From: Antedon mediterranea
Lineage: Eukaryota > Animalia > Echinodermata
DNA length: 64,000 nucleotides
Direction: 5' to 3'
Assembly (NCBI RefSeq): GCF_964355755.1
Contig: NC_092672.1
Span: 29,270,437-29,334,436 of the forward strand
The notes under the pieces were generated by a model, which saw only the letters and a list, made by a program, of their open reading frames with translations, was not told the origin of the DNA and did not search any database. A program made the position numbers and the translations under genes. The number at the start of each line of letters is the position of its first letter. The first letter of the stretch is position 1. This document shows positions 41,578 to 53,700 of this stretch, piece after piece.

Positions 41578-41789
41578 TTATGTACTACTACTAGCCTAGA
41601 CCTCCTAGCGCCTAGCTAGATACTACTACTCTAGGCCTATAGGTTTTATTTGTATTCCTTATTAACAAACTACAGTAGCCCTAGTATTGGTAATATTTCT
41701 CTCATTTCCAGGGCCTAATAATAACACTATCTTTTTGGTTAAAATGCATTTATTATTTTAAAATTGCTAGATTTCGGAAAAACACTATA

Positions 41790-44700
41790 ATGAGGGCGCA
41801 GCAGCTTGCTGACCAAACCTCCACTTTGATTCCGTTCAACTCTGCTTCACTTCAGAGCTTACAACGTCAGTTAGGGAAAGGCAGCGATGTAGGGTCATCC
41901 ATTTATGGTGGAACCAGTGACAGTAAGTTTCTTTATATTCAATCAATTCATAATATTATCAAAAGATATAATGACTCTAAAACTAATCAGTCCATTTTTA
42001 AAACATTCGATTAGTTTTATGCCAAAACCAAGAAGTACTTTTGTACATTTTTGTTGTAACAATCCAATCAATTCATAATATTATCAACAGATATAATGAC
42101 TCTAAAACTAATCAGACCATTTTTAAAACATCTGATTAGTTTTATGCCAAAACCAAAAAGTACTTTACATGTTTGCTGTTGTAATAAAACATTTAATTTG
42201 CATTTCACCTTATAATTTAAAACAATACAGTATATTTAAACAATTTAAATTTCAGATGGCAAGTGGAATTGGCTTGTACGTGGGCAAGTACTTGAGGTCA
42301 TCGGAACATCATCGGGTCAACGCTTGGCCTCGTTTTGTTTTCAAAGTGAAAAGAGGTGCACAATCACAAGCGTGAAGGAATACTGTATCCCAGGATCGTC
42401 TCGACTTCTTGTCGGGCTAGATGTGCAAAATGGTGGTATGCTGTGCCTTGTGGATGTCATAACCTCGCAGATTTTAACCCAAGTTTCATTTCCATATAAG
42501 GTAATATTCTCTATTCCTTCCTTAAGCCTTGGCTACACTATCAAACTTTATGTGACAAAAAACATGTGATGTGCCCATATATAGACATGGCAAACTAGTT
42601 TGATAGTATAGACAGATCTTTAGATTTTGCAAAAACTTTTCATATAAAGAGCCAGATAATATTTGTTTAAACGATCTACGATAATAGATAAACATACATT
42701 TTCTTACATAACTAAAAAAAATTTGAAAAGTTTTCATTCTAAAACTACAGTATAGGATAACCATTTATGCTGTAATTGTCTTTGATAAAATTTGCAGCAA
42801 TGTTTATTTGTATTGTATTATCATATTTTTAATTGATCGTCGATCTGTATCATCCTGGTATAAATGGTCCTTAACACTAATAATATTTGTTTAATCTTTA
42901 TATACACTGTAGGTCACGGCAATAGAGCCTGTTACTTATGCTGGAGGGGTCAAAGCTCCGAATTTTGCCCTCAGCGACCACCTGCGTTGTTTCTTTGGTA
43001 TCGTTGCTGTGGGAACAGAAGGTGGTCATATTTATCTGGTTGACATGCATCTTGATGTTGAATATGACTCTCTAGCTGACTCAAAAAAGATTCTTGTGAT
43101 AACACCAGCATCAGCAAAGACCCCTGAGTTGCGAAGAAAAGTGTTACGCACCGGAGATCATTTGTGCTTGGAGTTGGGAGGTATGTACTAATGTCATAAT
43201 TATTCTACTGCAGTAACCTAATTTTTTACTGCAGTAACTGTATAGTTTGTGTCAATGTAGAAGTTCAGTCAAGTCATTGTAATGAACAGTATATATGATT
43301 ACCCAAAAAAGGTTTGCTAAATAATTACATAATTGAGAAAAAAAATTCAAAATGTAATTAATTACTGCAGTAGAAAAATGTTGACATGATTCCTTTATTT
43401 GTAACAACAAATGCACATTTCTTGGTATTTACAGTAATTTGCCATCAAATTATTATTGCTTTTATAGAATATTTTTACTTCATGGTCTCGCTTTTTAATA
43501 GATACTTCAATCTTTATATTCCTTTTACTACTATAGCTGCTTAAAAAAATAATCTGAAGCTATTAATAAAATTAAATGATTGACTCTCTTTGGATAGGAC
43601 TTATAGCTGTTGGGCCTGTGTATAATGCACATTTGAACGAATAAGAATTTTGTCTATTGAGGGTAAAAAGTAGGGAATCTTCTCCTAGGTAACTGGCGCT
43701 GCCTTGAGTGAGTAAAGGCTTAATCCAAATTTTCTCATTTTCTGACAACAGACAATAAATAATAATACATTTACTTTATATTTTGTTTTATCAGGTGATC
43801 ATCACAAAAACCGTGCTTTTAATTTTTCAAAACCAAGTGGAGAGATACTGAAGGCGTTCCAGGCCAGTGGTGTCTGTGTGTCCGCAATTACATATGTTCC
43901 TAAGTTAGGGTCATTATTTGTGGGCTTTGACTTTGGATGTTTTCAAATCTGGAGGCTGGCTGCACCAATATTAGAGTAAGTTTATGGTGAGGGTTAAAGC
44001 CTTAGTGCAAAGATACTGAAGGGGTTCCAGGCCAGTGGTGTCTGTGTGTCCGCACTTACATATGTTGCAAAGCTAGGGTCTTTATTTCTAGGCTTTGTTT
44101 TCAAATCTGGAGGCTGGCTGCACCAATATTAGAGTAAGTACAGGGTTAGAACAGGTAATGGAATTTTTCTAAAAAATGATGGAATTTGATTTTTTTGTCA
44201 ATACAGTTGACGCTCTAGTACTTACAGTACATATCTATGACCAGACCTAAACTATTTTATCTATCCACAGGTTTAGTAGTCCTTTAACGCAAGTAGTTTC
44301 ACCTGTGACTCATTTTGCCTACCTGGAACCCGATGATGATCCTGAGAACTTCTCCTACATGATGGCAGCAAGGGGACCAATGCTCACTGACATCAGGTAA
44401 CAACATTATTGACTTTCTAAAGCTCTGTCAACACTATCAAACTTCATGTGTACCCATATATGGACATGATGATGTCATATCTCTACCATATTTGGGTATA
44501 TCACTACTATATTTGAGCACATCACATTTTTGTTGCCAAACTAGTTTGATAGTGTAGACAGGGTTTAACAACAAGTGAGTGTGAATTACTCAAGTGTTTT
44601 AAAATAACTTGGTATTTGGTTAAGATCCTCCCACCATCCACTTGCAAGAAGTCAGAAAATACTAAATAAGATAGGTGTTGTTTTGTGTTATGTTTTCTAT

Positions 44701-47700
44701 GTGTTTCATCGAAAAAGATACAGCCTGGAGTTTTCTCTAACTACCGAACTGAATTTAGTGTGAACAGAGTTGTAAATAGATCATTTTTTTTCTGTTTAAA
44801 ATAAATAGTATTTGATTTTTTTAAATTTCTTTTTTGCAGCCCGGACGTAGTAACAGACGTTCATTTGTTCCAATTAGCTTATGAAAGAAAGCAATTTTAT
44901 CCAGGACATGGTTATATGTACCACGTAAGTTGTTTTTATAATATCTTCAGTTGGTAGGTTTAGGCTGCTGAAGAACTTTAGGCCTTGGCTGGGTGGACGA
45001 ACTTAAGCCTTGGCTGGGTGGACGAACTTAAGCCTTGGCTGGGTGGAAGAATTTAAGCCTTGGCTTGGTGGACGAATTTAAGCCTTGACTGGGTGGACGA
45101 ATTTGTGTCTGGGGAGGAGAACGTTAGGCCTGACTGAATGGAAGAACTTTAGGCTTGTCTGGGTAAAAGAATTTTATTTTTGGCTGGGTGACAGTATTTT
45201 AGTCTGGGTGGTGAAAGAATTTTAGGCTGGGTGGAAGCACATTAAACCTAGTTGGGTGGAAGAACTTTAGACTTGATAGCAGACCTTTAACCTAGAAAAC
45301 TACATCCTCCTCTGCTGGCAGAATTAATTATTGATTTAATTGATTAAATCATAAAAAAAATTACCTATATGGTATTTATTACATTTTCACAGGAATTTTT
45401 TAATTGTGAAGCAAGATTTGAATTTGCACTCACAGCCGACAACGCAAATCCGGACAGCGCAACGTCGATAGGTAGTAGAATGATTTCCTGCTTTACAATC
45501 CAGAAAAGGAAAACGAGAGGAGAAGATGCATACCATGATGAAGAGGAGGATGAGTCGGACCTAGGCCTATGTGTGTTCTGTTGGGAGGCAGCGTTGACTG
45601 TTGATGAAGGCACCTCGAACCCACTTTGCTTCCTGGCACTGTTTGACCTTAATCGTTGGTATCATGCTCAGATGCCTGCTAATGTTCGGTATGTACATTT
45701 ATTTTTCTCTTCCATATCAAGCAAAAAATAATCGTTTTTGTTTTTTAAATCAGAAAATACTTTTAAAAAACAGAATATATATTGATATAAGATTTGAGAA
45801 CTTTAGTATGAGTTTTTAGTAGAAATTGATATGTTCTGTCTGAGGGCAAAGCTCACTCCCTTTTTTCGGCAAATATTAAAAATATTCAATTTAATGTTAA
45901 ACATATTTAGTTTCTGGTTAATTACAGGTACATTCAACGTCCTGATGTTTGTCCGTATGTTGCATTCTGTTCCTTGGAATCCGTAATGGAAGCTTCCTGT
46001 CCAGATGTCTTACTCGTAAGTATTGAAATTCATGTTTGGTGTTGATATGCTTCACAATGTTCAATAGGAGTTATATTAACTTCACTTTTAAAGATGTATT
46101 GTTGCCCAAAAACATGAAAAATTAAGATTAATTTTTTTTTAAATACTTTGAATAGGTCAATTCATAGTTTTAATAAAGTTAATCACTTCTGTGGAAAAAA
46201 AATGTGTTTGCTTCTAAAAAGACAAAATAAACCCATTGACTTTCAATCAATTTGACTATATTTTGCTTTAAATTAAAGTTTTTTTCGATAATTGTCAGAG
46301 TAAACAGCTATTATGTGACATTAAAGTAACATATTAAAAACAAAATAATTTTTTCAGGGTGACAATACATTTTTAAGTACCTTTGACCTGGCCCTCAAAG
46401 TCTGGTTTGCCTTCATAATTGAAATATTCATTTCGTATAAAGAAAAAAATTGTGAGATCGTCAAATGATTAAAAAATCTATCTCTAATTCTTTTCATCAT
46501 CCCAGAATACATATGTAGACACATCTCTGATGTCACGGTTTGTGTCATCCCAAGCGCCCGCTCCAGAGCAGCACTTCTATCCATCATCATTAAGCTTTAG
46601 TGTCTGCTGCCTCATGGAGACAGGACTAGTGAAGACTAGCTTTAAAGGTCACCAACGACAGGTAAAAGTGCTGGGTCAAATTTACAATATGCAAAAAAAA
46701 AATTTAAGAAGCCAGAATCATATTTCTGTCCTATTTGACATCTTTTGTGTGAATGTGCAGTACATTGAGAACTGTTGGTGCAGTACCTGTTGCTTCCTTG
46801 GACTCGAACCTAGCCATCAGTGCAAGCTCAGTGGTCTAGAGACATGAATTCCAGGCTAGTGATCTGGAGGTTGTTTTCGAGCACCAGTTGAAGATTACTT
46901 GCGCATTTGTTGGCAAGGTTCAGTACAATTAGCTCTGAGAATAGGGCAAAACAATTGAATTGTTTCAATTTTACCTCCTGGCTTCCCTCACCAGATTCAT
47001 AAAGGGACATTTACCTTCACAGACTGGTCTTGTGTCGGCATTAAAAGTAGCACTATTTTGGCTCCTGGTACTAAATCAGGACCAAGGTTATTTTGGGATT
47101 GGTAGCTTAGCTTTTAAAATGGTGTCTCCCATGCTGCTGCACCAAACGATACTACTAATGTATTATCACTGTATTTTTATGTTTAGGTATTACATGATAT
47201 ACTGAAGCAAGGACCAAGTTGTTTGAGGGCGCCACAAGCTCTGTACAATCACAGCGTTGCAGTGGGCCTCATCATTCCAAAACATGACCACCCAGTGGGC
47301 TCAGTACCTGTGGTAAGAATCAACCCTCATAGCCTTAGATATTTAATTTATTTTAAGAATATAATAAATTTGAGTGTTTGCTCTTTTAAGGCCAATTTTC
47401 ACAGAAAAGCGGTAATCGCAAAAATGTTACGTAGACAAAACAAATATATATATTAAGAAAAACATACGTATACGTATAGGCCAAAATATTACAATTATTA
47501 TTAATATTAAGAGGATAAAAATAAGAAATTAATGACAAAATGTAGAAAATGCTTTAGAGGTTCTGTAATTGTTTATAAAACATTGAATGAATAAAGGTGG
47601 TGGTTAACCACAAAAGATAAAAAAAAAATTAAAAATTTAAATGTTCCATCTGAGGGCAAAGATTTGTTCGAATTTATGTTATTTCTTATGACCATTTAGA

Positions 47701-50700
47701 CAAAACACAGAGCGTATTGGTGATTGAGCAGAAACTAGCTCAGGATAGATACAGTTTCTACATGGGACAAGAATGCACTTTCCTGCGTGTAAATTGTAAA
47801 ATAGGGAACAATTAATGGTACATTTACATTAACACAACTTGTGTGACCTGTTAATAGAGTTGTATTGCAAAAGATAATAGATTGAGCTATGCCAGTCTAT
47901 GTATTCATTCCCTCTTCTATTCAATATTACAGGCTGTTCAGCGTGAAGCCCTTCTAACAATGTGCTTAGAATACAACCTTGTAAGCTTTATTGTAACTTG
48001 TATATCAAGCTGGGCAACAGGGGGTAAGTACACAAAATAGAATAGCAATACTTGACTTAAAATTTACATATAATTATGTTTGATCAACTTAAGCTCTGTC
48101 TACAATATCAAACTAGTTTGACAAAAAAGTGTGATGTGCCGAAATATGGTAGTGATATGCTTAAATATGGTAGTGATATGACATCATCATGTCCATATAT
48201 GGGTAAATCACATTTTTTTGTCACATAAAGTTTGATAGTGTAGACAGAGTTTTATGAAAGAAGTCTCCTAACTAATAGGTATTTAATTAACCCTAATGTA
48301 ATTTCGCGCCTGAGCAAATTTAACTCTAACAGTTCTTTTCAATTTATCATTCAGATTATGTTACAGCACTTACTTTAAGAACAATATTAGACTGGGCCTG
48401 GCAGACAGTAGCCAGGATCAAAGAGACGATTGATGAAAAATGTAAGTTAAAAAGAAAGGGAACATGCTGAAGTTTAAGGCATGTTTAAAAAGCTTGGAAA
48501 ACAATTTGTTTTGGTTAGAGAAAGAAGAAGCTTATTCACAGTTCAAAATGAATTAGTGCGTTGAAAATGTCAGGCCAGGACACTGTTTGTTTAATAGTGT
48601 CCTGGCCAATTTACACAGACGAGCGGATTAAAATATAGAATTTATGTTATTTCTTATGACCATTTACACAAAACGCGCAGCGGACAGGCTGTTTCCGCTC
48701 AGGATAGACACAGATATCTGCATACCATTACCGCTCGTCTGTGCACATTGGCTTTTAAACATACAACTCGCATAAAATTGAACTTTCCTATTACCAATGC
48801 ACTTTTATTAATTTATATATTTTTGTATATACAACACTGTATTTTCATTGAAAAAAATAAACAGATTTTGGATTTGGGATTTGTTATAGTAAACTGATTC
48901 TTTACTGAAGTTATGTTTTTTTCTACAGGTATGTTCCTCTATAATGGCTATGGTAATTATGTTGAGGATTTAGTGATAAGATTACTGGATAAATTAGCTG
49001 TGCAACTGAATCACATTATCACCATCTTCCAAGCACTGATTGAGCAGTCTGTACAAATTACAGAGCAGGGTAGGTCTATATATAATATCTATATATAATA
49101 TTTTATGTTCTACATTGTTGTACAATGTAGTGCACTATTTATACTTCAATAATTGAATTGTTTAAATATAATTTTAAGGACCAGTACACTGGTAGCCCTC
49201 CGCTTTTCTTCAAGATGCACTGGTTTCTTTAAGTGCACACAAGCCAGATGTGTACACTGGACTTCCAGTTTTAAGTCCTTATCTGAGAAGACTTGTTCCA
49301 CCACCAGAACTAATAGCTGAGGAGAGCATTGAACACGTGCCTATTGTATGGCTATGGATTGTGGCGCCCCTGTCTTTAGCGCTTGGCCACTCGACTCACA
49401 CATTATTTATCATTGTATGTTTACTTAAAAAAATTTTAAATAGATAAATCCATTTCACGTTTTCAAAATACATTTGCTGGTAAGCATTATAAATAAATAA
49501 TGTTGGAAATTTATATAGCGCCATATTCGCAACAATTTCACTCGTTGCGCTGTGGACTACTGTCCTCTCATGTCAGTACTGCCAGCTACGGCGCAAATTC
49601 TTCTGTCCACAACAGTGACTTTGTGATCTTAGTACAATTTGTGTTTACTAGCCCATGCATTTTTTTGGCCAAATCTTTAGGTCAGTGAGTCTATTTTTCA
49701 CTTATTTCTAATTTTTCTCTAGCCTACTGAGTAGATTTTACTTAAGAGTTGAATGTTGGGCTACCATTTTAAATTATATCAAATATTTAAACTGGAGTCT
49801 GAAATTGTCACTGGTCGATCTCCGTCAATAAGCTCTCCGTTATTTCTTATTTGTTCAATGCTATACAAACGTTTAATAACTTGTGACCAGATGTCCGTGC
49901 AGTTTATTCCGCTTACGGCTGTACCCTCCATGGACTTCTGCCGCAATGTTAATTGGTTCAGGCTAACGACGTCATTAAAAATATTACATGGTAGCGAATA
50001 AAAAGGATTATAGTCAAGTTTCAGTGTTTCCAACTTTTTCAAATATATAAAAGCATTGTCAGATATGTTCCATATATTATTTTCACTCAGATCAAGATGT
50101 TTCAGATTTCCAAGAGACTGTAACATAAACTCGTACGTAATACTGGATAGCATGTTATTACGAAGATCCAAAAATACCAACCGCGAATTATTTTGAAAAG
50201 TACCTCTTTCAATCGTGTGGATTTGGTTAGTACCTAACGTTAATCGAGTTAGTTTGGGCAAGTTGACACTTTCAGGCCTAATTACGGTAATTTCATTTGA
50301 TATTACCCAAAGAATTTTTAAATTAGGCGTGAATGTGCGAAGATTCTCCGGGAATGTCGCTAGATTGTTGTAACTCAGACTTAAAGTCTTCAGTGACGTT
50401 AAACCGCTGAAACAATCGGAACTAAGCGTTCTTAGTCCGTTGTGACGCAGCACCAACTTGGTAAGATTGCGTAATTGTCTGAACGGAGCGTCGGTTATTT
50501 CTTGAAGATTATTTCTTTTGATGTTAAGTTCAGTCAACAAACCATGATTTTCAAAATTTTTCCAACTAATGTTTTCCAATTTGTTAATTCCTAAGTGAAG
50601 TATTCTAGTGTAACTTGAAACATTGGCCGGAAATTCTATCAATTGTCGGTCAGTGCAGTTGACCAGGCCTTTGTTTTCATCACAAGTGCATAGGTTTGGG

Positions 50701-53700
50701 CATGACCATGAAAGGACAGACAGCGTTGTGCCAAATAGAATTGATATTCCAAAAATATACTGGTATTTTAAAAATCCAACTTTAATAGAAAAAGCTGCCA
50801 TTTGTATTTATTCCATCCAAATCACAAATCTGTAAAAAAAAATGAATGGGGAAAAAATTAATTTTTAAATGATAAATAATTTTTATTTTAGATTATTGGA
50901 ATTTTTTAAATAATCAATCTGTTAATTTTAAACATTTTTTTATTTTTTTTATTGTACTGTACAATTGTTTTTTGAAGAGAAGAGATTTAAAATAAACCAA
51001 GATTTTAAACTGAAATATAAATAAGATATAAATGGCAAAGAAGGCATTAATGACCCTTTCTTTGGGGAACCTCTACTAAAGCTCTGTCTACACACACAAA
51101 AATGTGATATGCCCATATATGGACATAATGATGTCATATCACTACCATATTTGGGCATATCACTACCATATTTGGGCATATCACACTTTTTTTGTCAAAC
51201 TAGTTCGAATTTTTGAAGGTCCAGCAACATGGCTTTACACCTACAAAATCCTTAATCCTCTACCTTCAGATATTAGAAAAATGTGTACATATTGTGTTCC
51301 GCATTATGAAAATTAATACATCTATATGATCTGATTTGTTTGATTGAATAAATGTCCAAAGTATTATTTGTATATAATATGAATAACAAAGATGGTTGCA
51401 TTTTATGGTCGCAGAACGAAGAACACGAAATGCAAAGTTACTATGTTGCTGAACTTGATTTAAAAGAACGAGTTTACATGAAAATTAAGGCAAGCAAGCA
51501 CATGAAACAAACACTGGATCCCAAATAGCACAATTATTAATGACGGATATCTGACCGCCGATGCGTATAAAAAACAGTAAATTATTTAAACAAAAAAATT
51601 ACCGTAAAATTGAGTCAAATAATAATAAATTGAACAATAAAATACAGTGTATTTTATTTTAAGCTGTAACTGAGCATTAAATAAACATCCCTGTCAGAAT
51701 CCTATCTTACTAGCCTATCCTATCATATGGTTCTTGCTCAAATGTTCAAATGTTGCTCGCTTTCAAACCGTAAAAATTATTTAATTTACGTTTTACACAC
51801 TACTGTATACTGTATCAAACAGCATTACAACTAGCTTACAGTAGACTACATTGAATATTATTAATTAATCAGTTCAACCTTGTCCTAAAATTAAACGAAA
51901 ATTTCATTGACATATTTGTTTGTTCCATCCACGAATATATTTACACCTATATTACCGTATAATAGTCCGTAATGAACAGAAACGACTATATCGACTGCTT
52001 AGCATGATCCACTTTCAAAATTAAAATAATCTTTTTCGAAAAAAAGAATATGTAGAACAGGAAACGTTAGTATTTCCACTCTATTGATCTGTTGCCATGG
52101 TTACTCATCAAACACTGGTTAATTGCTGTGCACTCTTTGATTAGTTAGATTAGCAACTGTTGTTATTAACAGCCATGATGGAAATAATTCTTTATCGGTT
52201 TTGACCCATAAAATCATAAACTGTATACCTGTACATGTAATATAAGGTTGATAGTTGATAGTAAAAAGCTATTGTATGAATAAGCTGTTTTTTTATAGCT
52301 TTTATGTAAATTGTATGCTTCAGTAATATTATTAACATTGCATTTAAGTAGAATTTGTTATAACAAAGAATTTCAAAGTTAAATGGGTGGTTATCCAGAT
52401 TCGCATTTAAAGATGTATTGTCCCCCAAAAACATGAAAAATAAAGATTAATAAAATCAGATTTTGTATCTAGGCCATTTTGAAGTTTTAACAAAGTTATT
52501 CACCTTTGTGGAAATAAATAATGATTTCATAGTATTTTTTTGCTTTAAATTACATTATTTTTAGGAAAATAATTTTTTTCGATCCAGTTTTTGATCAGAC
52601 TGAGTGAATATTACTATTATGTGATATTAATTGGCATATTGAACAAAAAAATGTAAAAAAAAATTTAGGGGGAAAATATATCTTTTCTCATCGCAAAGGT
52701 CACATTAATTAACAAAAACAAAAAAATGTAAAAAAAAATGTTGGGGGGGAAAATATATCTTTTCTCATCGCAAATGTCACATTCATTATTTTTACATCTA
52801 AGGGCATTCTTACTGAAAAAAATGACAATGCTATAACTGGATCTCAATAAAGATACTAATATAATAAGCAAAAAGCTAAATAAAAATTACTGCCAACACT
52901 AACACCATTCCTTCATCATTATTATATTATTAATTAAAAAGAACACTGTATATAAAACCTTATAAAAGGTGACCCATAAGCCAAATTGCATAAATAAATT
53001 CATTATTTTAACTGGTTTAACACTGGTAAACTTTTTTTAGTAGGAAAATAAAAATACATAAAATAATTGTTTTTTTAACTTTATAGGTCAGGCAGATCTA
53101 GAAACCAAACTGAATGTTGTAATGCTTATATCCAATCATCTTCAAGCTGTCATTTGGTTTATTCGTGTTGGACTGCTACCAGAGTGCCCAGGTAAAACAA
53201 TAGATAGATTCGGTGATGAATTGCTTGTCACATGGTCTACACTATCAAACTAATTTGACAAAAAACAAGGCCATATACATGGCTGAATTCGCGTTCTCAA
53301 GTTAGTGTTTACCGACCGACATAGTGAGCTGTAGAATCGCGTTGCACGTGACTAAAAATGTGTGATACCAAATGCTTTCTTTCATATATTAGAGAAATTT
53401 TTACTAAGTAATGTTCATAAAATGTTGAAAAACGTCTGATTTTCTAAAACAATCGAAAAATATTTAATATTTGTTAAAACAAAGTGTTTATTATACTCAA
53501 TTCTGAGATTTAATTGCAAGCCAATTGTTTTGTCAGGAAGTGTTGTTAGGACGTTCTTTCCGTGGAGTTCAGTGCAACTATTGAATTTATGTACTTGAAA
53601 TTTAACATGTTTTTTTTTTTAAGATGATGGGCAACCGGTAATTGAAGGTCAGTTTTCGTACCCAGCCAATCGACTTCGAGAAGCATTTGACCAACGAAGA

